Shown one piece after another: positions 46,381-61,410 of a stretch of DNA of 64,000 nucleotides; within the stretch, counting starts at the first letter, position 1; the number at the start of each line of letters is the position of its first letter. Origin of the DNA: the human T2T-CHM13v2.0 reference genome, Homo sapiens. Under the pieces are notes generated by a model. It did not search any database. It saw nothing but the letters and a program-made list of their open reading frames with translations, and had not been told where the DNA came from. The DNA lies in the NCBI RefSeq assembly GCF_009914755.1, contig NC_060930.1; one strand, given 5' to 3'. A program made the position numbers and the translations under genes.

Positions 46381-48764
46381 AGAGTGAATAAAGCATGCAC
46401 CTTTAAAGAAAAGATGATTTTATGGCTAGATAATATTTTCTGTTATGGGTAGGCCTTAATTCAATTAATTCTCATATTGGCATTGATTTTCTTTTTCCTT
46501 TTTTGTTATCATAAGTAGTAATAAGATATCCTTTCTTATACATAAATCTTTGCCTAAATGAAAGATATTCCAATAACAAAAAAGTGATGTAGATGAGAAA
46601 GTAAATTTATACGTGGAAAATAAGTAGACTGAGAAAATGTGTGAAGAAGAAGCAACCCAGGCATGACCAAAGCATTATGTGAAGTCAGGTTTAACAAAAG
46701 AATAGGGTCGTCTCAGGAGAGAAGTTCTAGATCAGGTCAAAGTGGGAAGATGGGATCATGCTGCAGTGGGCCTCAAGATTGAACAGTCACACTTCAGTTG
46801 ACAGTTGCTGGGTTGAAGGTTTGCCTACAGATATTCTTTTTTTCTGCATGACTCCTCGAATATCTAGCATACTATTTGTGATTTTATTTTCAAGTGGATG
46901 TTTGGAGGAGGGGTTAGGAATGCAAAAATGTTTATGAAAATAGTAACATAAAAGAAACTCTGACTCAAGACCATTTACTAGGATTGTGCAAAAACTAGCA
47001 GCTACCCATTTTGATTTAGAATGGTAAATGTTTGAAAATTTTGACCTTTAGCAAGCTGAGAACCAGCTGAAAGTAAGGGACAGAAATAGATCTGCAATCA
47101 TTTGACATTGACAGCAAGTCCTGAAAATTACACACTTTTTACAATAATTGAATGTAGATAGATGAAAGGATAATAGACAAATGCTCTTTACATAGATGAG
47201 ATAGGTTTCATAATATTACTTATCTTTGGCCAACACCTTACACATGATAGATCATAAATTTGAAATGTAACCCAAATTTTAAAGAGAAATAAGCTCCGTG
47301 GCAGCTATTTTCAAGCCTATTACTCTAAAAGCTTAACCTTTAGTTAAAATTCTTTGAGCCTAGTTTCAAATCATTAAAGAGAATTATATCTATTATATAA
47401 ATATTACATAAATTACATTATCTCTTTCACTGGGTTACTCTTCATTGAATTTCTTAATATTACAACTTGATTTCCTAGTCAATATCAACTTCTGAAAGAT
47501 AAAACAGGAAATTAGTCTATTAGTATTCATTATAGAGTTAAAACTTCAACAGTAAAAAATATGAAATCTCTATATTTAAATTTAATTACTAGTTCCCCAA
47601 TACATACATTTACCTTTAGCTGAGCAGTATTCTGTGTATAGGTTGTTTGAAAATCTAATTAAAACAGAAATTAGGTGAACACCTCATGTATCTTTCCTAA
47701 AGTTACCTCACCTTTTTCTTCAGAAAGACTTAATATTTAAAGGCGTGATTATCTTCAAGAACAAATAAATTAGATGAGTGCCTACTTAGCTAGTTTTGAA
47801 GGCCTCTGTGTAAAACTGCTGCCACAGAACTATTCCCATCATTAATAAAAAATAACCTTTAAATATCTATCAGCAAACAGTAAACTGAGGGATAAAAAGG
47901 AATTTTAGCCTGATATCAGTGTTAAAATCCTCCAGACAAAGAGTATAACAGTGTGTGTGTTCTCCCTTAGTGCCACAAGTACCAATAAACTCAACTATGT
48001 TGACTTAAAGGGGGTGGGTGCTCCTAGTGCCTTTGATTAGTGGGCATATGCTTCTGCTAGTAATTTATCAGCGATTAGTTGACTCGCAGTCTAGACTTAC
48101 AGAGACAGATAGAGAGTGAGGGGAAATGGGAAACCCAAGTTAAACTTCAATATAACTTGGCCTATGGCTGTCCTCGTATAAAGAGGATTCCTGAGAAAGA
48201 GAGAAAATAAAGGAGCTGTAACTCTGACTTGGATTGGGATATAAAACACATTGTGCTAAATTAAGTTGTGGCAATGTTTGAGAAATGTTTAAAACAATCA
48301 CATCATGGTTCTCCAGACATTCCTCTGCAACCCAAAAAATCTGATTTAGCATGATTGCATGGTATTAGTACAACGTCATTGTATATAAGCAGAAACAAGT
48401 CACCGTCAGTCTGCCAATGGCAAATGGCATAGAAAAATAAAAAGACACTAGCTTGGGATTCAGAAGAAAGTGATTTTATTTCAGTCTTTGATATCAACTA
48501 TTATGACTTATATAACTTGGGGCTAGCAAATTTCCCCCTCTCAACTTCTCTTCTATATAAAGGGGTAAGAAATTGATCTTTACTTTTCTTATTAGTAACA
48601 AGGTTTCTTCCCTCTAAATATTACATATGGGGTGGCAATGCACAAAGATGCAATTTTAAATAGCAACTTCATGGAATACAAAAGACAAGAACCACCTATT
48701 GATATTCTTCCTTTTCAAGTCTGAGGCAGAAGGAGAATTGAGTGCTGAAACAAAGGATTCTCTT

Positions 48765-48915
48765 CTCATGCTACTCAATGTGTGGTCATTGACATGGAAA
48801 GTTTCTTCAAAATCTAGAATCTCTGGGCCTTCCCTAGACTTCTGGAATCAGATTCTGCATTCTAACAATATCCCCAGGTGATTTTTGTACAGAATAATAT
48901 TTCAGAAGCACTGTC
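48765..48915. mobile_element. MER5-like hAT-Charlie
   Basis: gctactcaatgtgtggtc...gaatcagattctgcattctaacaa..tccccaggtgat...agaagcactg. Confidence 0.7.
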
Positions 48916-49661
48916 CTAAATCACAGCTAGCATAGAAAACTCACAAATATCACCTCAACCTATCATCGTTCTTCATTTTCAGTGCCTGATCCATTGTAGG
49001 GAGGCTGTCCAGTGCAGGGAAAAGAGGTCGCAGCAGCTGATGCATCACAGCAGCAGTTCATAGCCGATGCATCATCCCCATTTCTGATGTTTCTCTCCAT
49101 ATGGAAATGTGATTCTTCTGATTTCTTTCTCACTTACTCCTCGCCAGGAGTGACATAATCTCATTGGTTAAATTAAAAACAAAACAAAACTGGGAATTTT
49201 TAGTTTAGTTTCTGCCTTTTTTCCTTTTGAAAGTTAACTGCTCACAGCAAGCATACATTGATCACTGTCCTTCAAGGTAAAGTGACCAGGCTCATCTCTC
49301 TTGTAGGAAGGTCTGCTCTGGTCCAGCATCACCTGTACCTCTGACTAGCTGTTTCAGACCACCCAATTCTGGGATAACTTATGCAGCCCTTCTTGGTAAG
49401 CTATATTCTCCAACTTAGCCATTAACGGTAATAAAGATGATACTGTTTGTCTTGTTTTACATTTTGTTCAGAAACCAAGTGTGGAAAAGATGATGTTATT
49501 ATTTGGATCCCCTCAGGAAACCTAATAGTTGTCAACAGACCTAAATCAAATCATGGTGGTTCAGATTTTTATTTACTGGAACTCAATTTCTTCCTCTGTA
49601 AAGGGAGATGGTTGGATGGTTCCCAAACCTGAATGAGCTTTGGAATTACTCATGGTTTTGA

Positions 49662-49981
<320 letters not shown>

Positions 49982-50091
49982 TGAAAGCGCCACTTCTGAT
50001 TTAAAATCTCTAGCAGTGGGGACTACAAATCCACATTATCCAAAAGTGACTCAGGTGTTGCCAATCTGAAGACTCTTTTTAGAATCCCCTG

Positions 50092-50260
50092 CCCTTGCTA
50101 CTGAAAGTCTGGTCCACCTTCCAGCACCACAGGCACTGTTTGAGAGCTTCCTGGAAATGTAGAATTCTTGACCCTGCCCCAGAAGAACGGAATCAGGATT
50201 TGAATTTTTACAAAATTCCAGGCTTTTTCGTATGCACATTAAATACTAGGAAGCCTTTCC
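50092..50260. mobile_element. MER5A-like
   Basis: gctactgaaagtctggtcca..ccagc...gaaatgtagaattc...gaatcagg...tatgcacattaaa. Confidence 0.65.
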
Positions 50261-50856
50261 TTGGACTATGTTATCTCAACAGTATTTCCCAAGCTGAAAC
50301 TGCTATGATTCTATTTCTTTTTCATTGTTCTATCTCTGGCATATAGCAAGATGCTCAATAAATATTTATTGAGCTAATTAATCCATTCTCTGCTCTGTTC
50401 AGTGGAATGTGACAATGGCTTAAACGTTTGGTCACAATCCCTGCATTTATCCCTTAATAAACAGAGCAGAGGCACATATCTATCTCTCTGGTTACTGATA
50501 GTTACTCAGAACAAGCATGGATCTAAAATCTGTCTGTTTATATGCTCCCCACCTTTTTCTGAATTCTGATAGTAATTTGGTGAGAAAAATCTTTTAGGAA
50601 GTTAAGTTACTCACTTTATAATTATCTCCCTTTTTGTTCTCCTGCCAAATTCAAAGGGCTTCTCTCAGGTTGGTACTCCCTGGTCTCATTGATCTCCCTG
50701 GTGTTTAACAGTATTCATTACTCTCTCTTTTTGGAAGCTTTCTTCATTTGAGTTTCAGGATATATTATTTCTTAATTCTGCTTATGATCACTTCTTCTCT
50801 TGTTGTTTTACACTCTCTTCTTCTCAATCTATTCTTAAGAATAACTAACCATCCTT

Positions 50857-51070
50857 GGCTGGGCGTGGTGGCTTATGACTGTAATCTGGTGAATATTAGA
50901 TTAGATTCACCAGAATCTAATATTCAGAGGGGAGGGGCTGGGAGGGCAAAGGATAGGGAAGGGAAGGGGGAGGGGGGAGGAGAGGGGAGGAGAGAGGAGG
51001 GGAGAAGAGGAGAGGGGAGGGGAGAAGAGGAGAGGGGAGGGGAGAAGAGGAGAGGGGAGGCGAGGAGAAA
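50857..51070 (+). mobile_element. Remnant Alu: 30-bp 5' end, 40-bp scrambled insert, polypurine tail, intact TSD
   Basis: ggctgggcgtggtggcttatgactgtaatc; TSD aactaaccatcctt at 50843-50856 and 51071-51084. Confidence 0.85.
50927..51070. repeat. GA-rich low-complexity (GGAGA/GGGGA)n tract
   Basis: Directly visible, almost purine-only. Confidence 0.9.
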
Positions 51071-52847
51071 AACTAACCATCCTTTATGGCACAGCTTAAT
51101 TATCACTTCCAGAATTAAGTTCTGAAGTTTTACCATCTCTAACTAAATTAAGGGCAAACCATTATTTAGTTTTTATTTATTCATTTTTATGAGTTAGACA
51201 AGACCAAAATGAAACCATCTTACATTCTATGACCATTGGTTTTACAGGTCTAGCACAATTTAAAAGACATAGTCAATGTTTCATTAATAAATATTTATGT
51301 AATTGGGCTATCATTGTTACATGGGAGGGGGAGTTTGTCACTAGGGATGGCTTAAGGCAGGGAGTTACCCCAATGGGGCATTAAAGAAACTCCAGATTAC
51401 TGAGCTCCTGCTGCAGATATTAATTCTGCAGGTCTGAGAATGAGAACCTCAAATTTATATTTAAAAAGAAAATATTCCTCAAGTGAGTCTAAAGCATAGC
51501 AGTGGTAGTAGCCACTGAAATATGCAATTTTGTAGATACAAATGTCTGTCCATACAGGACAGATTTAAAAGCCTATCTAAAGGCCATTATTGAGAAATAT
51601 TTTCTATCTTACCCTGTTAGTCAAGCATTGGACAACCAAACATAATATCTGATATTTTGTCAGAAAGAGGAAAAATTAGAAAGATTCAAAGCTGACAAAA
51701 ATTATGGAGGCACAGTCCAATGACAGGCTAATAACTCATATGGCAAACAATACATGAACCAGCGCTTGATAGCACAAGTATTGGCTGTCCCTTTGCACTG
51801 ATCAGAAATGAAATTTGCATTAAAAAGTTGGCCTGGCCTGAAATAAGTAAGTTAAAGACGTTTCTGCCATTTTTGGAGATAATTAAACTGTTGTAGTATG
51901 TAATAGGTGTCGTGAATGAAAATAGAATTTTCCTCCAAGTGAAAAAGGTAAGAAAATGCCTTAAACCTCATAAAAAAAATCTTCAGTTGGATTATTAGAC
52001 TTTATTTCCGAAACAATGTCAAGTCATATCATTAATCAGAATCAGTCTCAGCACATTATTAAATATTAATCACATGAGATAACTGGAGCTTAAAGCTGAT
52101 GTCTCCACTTGTCTGCAGAGGCCAGTGAATTTATAAGGCTCAAGCCAGGTGTCCTATTTAATTTCAGCAAGCATTCTCAAACTTCCTTTTTCAAATTTCT
52201 TATCAAATAGGATATCTTTGTAATGTCAATTTGTATACAAGAACTGATACTGTTGTTCCTTGTGTTTGAAGAAGCAGTGGGCACCACTACTTGGCATGTG
52301 TAGGAGAATGAAATGTTTTGTGATAATTGCTGCAGGACAAGTTGTGCCTCTTTACTGAAAGGCCAGTGTAATGTCCTGGCACTCAACCAATCCTTATTGA
52401 CTATCTTCCCAGCTGTTTGTTCCCACTGAGTTTCACTGTAAGAAATCATGCCTCATTGTGTCCTTCTGTTCATGTCAAACTATATTGTTCCACTTCTGCA
52501 CTTAATTCAATATTCTGTGGGTCAACCCCATGTCATAACAATAGCTCTGAGGGAAAAGCCAAACTCGAGTATACGTTCTATCTGTGATGAGCCTTTAGTT
52601 CAGTTAACTATAACATGATGTCAGAAGAAAGGATTGACCCTTCCATGAGCCAGCCAGCATTGCATAGAGCAAAGGCTCTCAAAAAGTGCTCCTGGACCAG
52701 CAGCATCAGTGTAACTTGGGAACGTGTTAGAGATGCAAATTGTTGAGCCTCACACCAGATATACTAAATCATAAACTCTGAGAGTAGAGTTTGATGATGC
52801 CAAAAGAAAGGATTGACTCTTCCACGAACCAGCCAGCATTGCATAGA

Positions 52848-53585
<738 letters not shown>

Positions 53586-55104
53586 TAGTATGACTGGCTA
53601 AAGACAAAAATTTTTCCACTATAACATTTGACCCAAAAGTATTATTTTCCAGGAAGGAGAACAAAATGCTTTTCTAAATTTTGGTGGGAAAAAGTAATGT
53701 CCAAGTGGTCATATGTAAGATTACATTGCACATAGTTTTGTCAATAAAAATACATGACGGTTAATATTTTTGTTAAGAGGGCTGTCTTTCATTTTATAAC
53801 AGTTTCAAACCATACGTGTGTGTGTGTGTGTATGTATAGAATATATACACACATATATTCTACTTTTACATATGAGGCACAGAGAGAATTCAGAGGCCTG
53901 TTGCCTTGGGTTACACATTGATGATAAATCAGGCTCTGGAAAAGCACTGCAACTTAGGAGTTATTCCTAGAAGATTAATGCTTTTTAAACAATGTGCCTC
54001 TCCATCTTAACATCCAAGCCAATGGAATTACATCCATAGACAAGGAAATAGTCAGGCCCCCAAAATAAAGATATAAATGACCCAAGGAACTTGTATCAGT
54101 TTTATGAATCGAGGTTCTAAGATAATGTTTTATTTGATACTTTTCTTTCTGCTCAAAAGTTAAAACCTCACACCATCATACTGCCTTGATTTGGGAAGAT
54201 TTCTACCTGCCATGGTTTGAAATTAATTTTGGCATAGACTATTAAAAAATAATAAAACTACAATCACAAGTATGAAAATTCATGCACAAAGACAATATTT
54301 AAAATAAGACTTGAAGGGAGTACATGTTATTCTGCTATCTCTTTTCATTGCCCTATATGACTTTGGAATGAATTGTGCTGTGGTTGTCTCACGTGCTGTT
54401 CACACAGCTCTCAAAATAGTGACAATTGCTTTTAAAAAAACTTGTTAATCTTTTGCTCTAAGTGCTGCAACTTTGAACATTTAAGCAATTACCTTGGCTT
54501 TAAGTAAATCCCAAAACTTAAGAGGGCTCCTTACAATTTTTACAATCTTTGTAAGTCTGCATGAAACCTTTACAATTATTTCCACTTATTTAGTTTTCAA
54601 TTCATAATGAACACATTTCTGTTGCAAGTTCTGTATGTGTGGTAGAGTGCTCTGTGTTAGGACTAATAAAAGCTAAATTTAGTGAGCACATGAGAGTATA
54701 AACTCTCCAGAGGCAATATCATTTAACCACCAGAACAAGACTACAATAGCTATGTTCCATTTTACAGATGAGCAAACCAAGATTCTTAGAGTTTATTAAG
54801 TTTAGTAACTCTCCCAAGGTGAAATATTTTATAAGTGACCAAGCTCTCTGAAACCAAGTTTGTTTCATACAATTATGTACACTTAACAATTGTTATATTA
54901 TTCATTTTAGATTCTGTTGAGTGATACAATTTGAAAGATCAGTAATCTAGGGAATAACATGGGTGAATGACAGTTTTTCCACCATTCATTATTGTAATGT
55001 AATCAGGATGTCTCAGGCACTTACTGTGTAACAACAACAACAATAAAAATGGGAGACTCAAGGACAAACAAGGGCCCATCCCTCAAGATGCTTTTAATCT
55101 AATG

Positions 55105-55285
55105 CAGAGTTGTCCAATATAACCACCAGTCACCTGGGGCTACCTAAGTTTATGTTTAAATAAATTAAAATTAAACAAAATTTCAGTTCCTCAGTCAGAC
55201 TAGCCACATTTAAGTTGTTCAATAGTGACATGTGGGGGCTACCATGAACAGTACAGACAGAGCATTTCCATCAGTCAGAACTCTG
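55105..55285. mobile_element. MER3-like hAT-Charlie
   Basis: tgtccaatataacc...aaatttcagttcctcagtc..actagccacattt..gttcaatag. Confidence 0.75.
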
Positions 55286-56055
55286 TGTAATTAACTATAG
55301 GAGTAAAACTATGGCAAATGGTGCAATGATTTCTGATTTGACGCAACTGATGAGAGACATTCGCTCTGTTATACTGAAATTTCTTTATGTTTGTTAACGC
55401 TTCAAAGTCCATACAGTAGCAGAGAACATCATTATTAAATGTACTCTGCTCAAAAGAAGATATAGATATGCACTAGAATTCAGATGCAGGCCATTAATAT
55501 TGCAATTCAAATTTTCATAGTAAAATTACAGTGAAGAAAAAAAGTAATACCTACCATACATTTCAATTCGGGGGGGGCACAATCTCCTTTGTAGAAGTTT
55601 ATAAAAAAATGGTTCATCTCAAAGTATTGCAAATTAAGGACGTTACTCTAAACTAATCTTAAACAGCTATATGAGGGCTAAACAAGGAAAACACAGCCAG
55701 GAGCTATTTAACTTTCACAGTTCCTTATTTAGGAAACCAAGGAGCATAAAATCAAGTTAAAATGTATCATGTCTGCCACTATTGCTTTCAGTGCCATGCT
55801 TTCTGAAACTTTCTTTAAGCCTGACTTTTATTGCTTCTTTGTGCATAATAACCAGTTCATTTAACCAGAGGTTAATTTTAAGGCATATTTTGTAAGGTGC
55901 ATTTTATTTATTTATTTATTTCCCCCAATCAGTATGTAAAATATAAAAAACGTGCTACATGAAGCAGATATATCTATTATAATGAGTGGCTTTTTGTTGT
56001 TGTTGTTGTTATTTCTGCTACTAATGAACTGCAAATTTGGCTGAAATAAGAGTGA

Positions 56056-56408
<353 letters not shown>

Positions 56409-57320
56409 ACTTTCTTTAATTGTTAACAGGTTACTAAGTAAATACTGGGAAGAGTAGTGTCAACTCTGCATTAAAATGTGTACACATAAGCAAAATAAAG
56501 TCTCCTAAATATGCTTACGGTTTCAACTTATGATGAAATGGGCCTGCCTAGAAACAAGAAAGTGCTTTCACTATGTTTCTTTCTATTCAGGTTGCCAATT
56601 CATGTCAGCCCTTCTCCATTAGGTAGTTCAGGTTACTGACAGACTAGGCCAGTGTTAGCATTTAGCAAACAGATCAATTTAGATTTTAACTCTGGTAGTA
56701 ACATCAGAATAGGAGCCACCGTTATCTAGCCAAGTAGGCCACCGCTATGTCTGTTCTGCTAGTTTTTTTTTTTTTTTCCTTTTTTTTGGTTAGGCCAGTA
56801 GTTTCCTGTTGTTGCTCCTGCTTTGCTTGTGGAAATCTGCTTTTGATCGATGTGAATACCTTTTGCAGGGATGGGCTCTTCGAACAGTTATTTTTCCCTT
56901 CATTGCCATCATTTTCACACCCAGCCACTTCATGCATTTATTTGTACAACTTACCAAGCCTCTGAAACATTTTGAGTTTTCAACCCTCGAATTAGATGTT
57001 TCTTCACATGAAAATAGTTAGGAGTCTTACACAGAGATTTATGAGAAAAACATATTTGCTTGAAAATAATAATCTTTTAAGTATGTATAACAATTAAATT
57101 AAAAATCCTAAGAATGGAAAATATTCTGTATAAGTATGTATATTATCATTAAACATATTAACAATTTAAAATTATAATTTAAAAATACAAATTCATGAGA
57201 ATTAGGTTTAAAACAACAATCTCTGAGTTAGCCATGTCTCTAGATGAGAATGATTAGCTGTCTCTAATTTACTATTTTTATCATTGTTTCTTGTCTATCA
57301 TCCTTTTTAAAGATGCATTA

Positions 57321-57620
57321 GGCCTGGCGCAGTGGCTCAGGCCTGTAATCTCAACACTTTGGGAGGCTGAGGCGGGTGGATAACCTGAGATCAGGAGTTC
57401 AAAACCAGCCTGGCCAAAATAGCAAAGCCCCGTCTGTACTAAAAATAAAAAAAAATTAGCCAGGCATGGTGGTGGGCACCTGAGTCCCAGCTACTCGGGA
57501 GGCTGAGGCAGGGCGAATCACTTGAACTCAGGAGGCAGAGGTTGCAGTAAGCCAAGATTGCACCACTGCACTCCAGTCTAGGCAACAGAGCCAGACTCCA
57601 TTTCAAAAAAAAAAAAAAAA
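57321..57620 (+). mobile_element. AluS
   Basis: Full dimer; TSD aaagatgcatta. Confidence 0.94.
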
Positions 57621-57742
57621 AGATGCATTAGATTCTTCCTCCTTCCTTTTTAATCAGTGTCAAACAACTAGTATTTCTATAAAGATTTTGCTGTTCTCTC
57701 TGCAAATCTTTATAATTTCCCTTCTTTGAGCCCTTTTCTTAG

Positions 57743-58680
<938 letters not shown>

Positions 58681-59299
58681 AAACAGCTGATATTTTTAGT
58701 CCTAGAAGCAAGTTGTCCATATGACTGAGGAGAAGAATAAGGAGAGTGAATACAAAGCATATGAGTAATGTAGTGAAACAGCAACATATGGTCTCTATCT
58801 GTGCAGAGCATTGCATATAATAGTTCAACTCTTCTCACCAGTAAGAATTTGGAAATTTTCCAATTCTGCATGCCTAATAAACGTAGCTAGTAGTTGATTT
58901 AAAAAGTAATACAATAAAGAGAAAGATGAAATTTATTTTTTTGTTGTACATATACATTCTGTAGTTCCTGGTTGTTTAATTCTTCAGTGCTTATATTTTG
59001 TAGTAGGTAATATACTATTCCTAAATTGTTAATAAGAGATGCTTACTCAAGATCATAATCATTTCAGCAGCTGAAATATTTTAAGTCTCTTGACTATCTC
59101 CTTTCATATTTTTACAATTTTGGATTAAATTGCCTTATGCTACACAGTCATATTCCCTATGTGTTTTTTTGTTTTGTTTTTTTGTTTTTGTTTTTTCTTT
59201 TTGCTAGAATATAGCACGAAGCAATATTAGTGTTAAGGTAATTTCAGGTTGTGTTTATAATTCTGAGACTAGATAAAGAATAAACATGTGACTAATATG

Positions 59300-59467
59300 T
59301 ATCGGGGGAACCAGCCCCCAATATTTCAACGTAGGTTCTTTTCTATTTTCCCTAAGTGTTGGCCGGTCTGAGAAATAAACAAATGTCCATGACATCTTCA
59401 CAATTTATGTTCTTCTGCCGTGGCTTCAGCCGGTCTCTCCGTTCGGGGTCCCTGACTTCCCACAACA
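59300..59467 (-). mobile_element. MER11 (HERV-K11/HML-8) solo LTR with large internal deletion
   Basis: Reverse complement starts tgttgtgggaagtcagggaccccgaacgg and ends gaaatattgggggctggttcccccgata; 6-bp near-TSD aatatg/aacatg. Confidence 0.88.
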
Positions 59468-59756
59468 AACATGTTAACTCTCAATCTAATTTTTACAGTT
59501 TATTCTATTTAATTATAGCTATTGTCTTAACACAGATTTATTTGTAATTTCAACATAATGACCAGGAAAGAGGTAAAGAAATTGTTGTACGGATCCAAGT
59601 AGATACCATTTCAAGTTAGTCATTTCTTCATAACGATTGTTGTTTCTGACCTATACTTATAAGCTCATCATAGTCATCCCTGTGAATTAGCTCAGAGGTT
59701 CATTGCAGACTCTTCTCAGGAATGTGCAGTCTACCTGTACACATCCCATACATAGC

Positions 59757-59790
59757 TGCAGTACAGGCATTCCAACACCAGGTGGCACTA
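59757..59790 (+). promoter_or_regulatory. Candidate CTCF binding site (core plus upstream motif)
   Basis: TGCAGTAC-N7-CCAACACCAGGTGGCACTA. Confidence 0.65.
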
Positions 59791-61239
59791 GTAGTAATTT
59801 ATAGCTGGTTAGTCTTGGGTCGCGCAGGTACCCTTAATAAATTCAAAGTATTAGTCAAAAAGTATCTCTTTATTTAGGGCACCATGGGATACTAATCATT
59901 TTCTTCTAATTTTATTATTTTCACAAATAATATTTTCTCATGTAAATTTTTAAATGATTTACATTATATAATTCACAGTGTCCATATTTCCCTTTGTTTA
60001 GACGTTTGCATCTCTTTGTGTCTTTCTGCTATGCTTCCTATCCTTACTCCATGAAAACTAGCCTTACTCCATGAAAACATGTTAGGAACACAGCTAGAAC
60101 TGTTTTTAAATTAATAAAATTGAGCCATCTTCTTCTACTTTTTGAGTTAGCACATTCTTAGCCATTTCTTTCTTACAACTCTGCTTTCTCCCCCTACCTT
60201 AATTTCACATCCAATCTTTAATTAACTGAACCAAACTGATTACAAAACAATCATTACTTTCTCTTTTTACACTCGAATGGTCCAAACAGCAGAAGCTTTT
60301 GAGCAAGATTCCCAACTGACTAGAACAAGCCTGGGCAGTTTAACGGGCTTATTGAGAACACAATGGGATAATTGTTTAATAAGCCTTACCACTGGGCAAT
60401 CAAAAGCTGTCAGTTAACTTAGCTTTCATAGATAATATTGAAATCTAGTTCTCTAAAACTCTCTAAACATTAACTAAGATAAGCAACCTGTTTTAATATA
60501 ATGTAGTCTCTAAGAGGCCGGGCCATAGGAAAACGATCAGACTTTCCCAGGTCTTACACATCCAGGCAAAATATAGCAAAGAGAACAGAGCAGCGGAGGG
60601 GGTTGGCTCTTAAATTCATATCCACTACTATATACTCAACGCTTAATTGCAGTCATAGTGATTCATAAGCACTTTAATTGTAAGGGTTAAGTTACAGCAA
60701 ACAAACACAGACGGTGGTAGCTGAAGACACACATTGGTTTGTTCCTTCACATGAAGACTAGCTTGTTCCTTCTACACAGGTTGAATGAAGAAGAAAGGTG
60801 CACAGAGATAAACAACAATAGGTTAATAAAATACAATCCATTTTGAAGGTAACTAGATTCTCTCTCTCTCTTTTTCTCTGTTCTTCATTTTTCCTGCCTC
60901 TTTTTTCCATTCCATGCTTGTCAGGAGGATAACCTCAAATATTCAATTTATAGGAGAGTGTGTTTTTAAATATCACAGGGAAATCCATATTTGTTTTGGC
61001 TGACACTCAATAGCTAATTAGTCTTAAACAATCTGGTAAGAGCTTGAACAGAGACCATCTGTCCTTGAAATTCCCTCTGTGGCTTTTCCAAAAGACCCAG
61101 CTTTTCCAAAAAACTTTGGACAAATTTACAGTAGTTTTAGACTCCAAGACATGGAGCCAAATGCTTTCTTTTTTTTTCCTATTTGCATTGAACTGTGCTA
61201 AAAATTATATCTGATTTATACCATTCAATATGATAAAAT

Positions 61240-61410
61240 AATGATAGCTGGCATTTATTGATGACTTCCTATATGTTAAACCTTTATTCTCAGCTCTTCA
61301 TTTAAGTTATCTCATTTAATATTCACAAAACCCTGATATTATGTTTATTTTTACAGTTGACAAAATTGAGACAGAAACAGTTGAGTAAATAGTAGACTAA
61401 ATACAGTATG
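61240..61410 (-). mobile_element. MIR fragment
   Basis: ataatgatagctggcatttattga...atctcatttaatattcacaa...ttttacagttgacaaaattgag. Confidence 0.65.

Noticed and set aside
50748-51136. G/E/R-rich and P/S/L-rich ORFs
   Set aside because: Translation of the GA low-complexity tract
51813-51820. Octamer ATTTGCAT
   Set aside because: A single 8-mer is expected by chance in AT-rich DNA; no adjacent supporting motif
53837-53862. 10-bp-stem hairpin tagaatatat/atatattcta
   Set aside because: Inside TG/TA microsatellite DNA where such symmetry is expected
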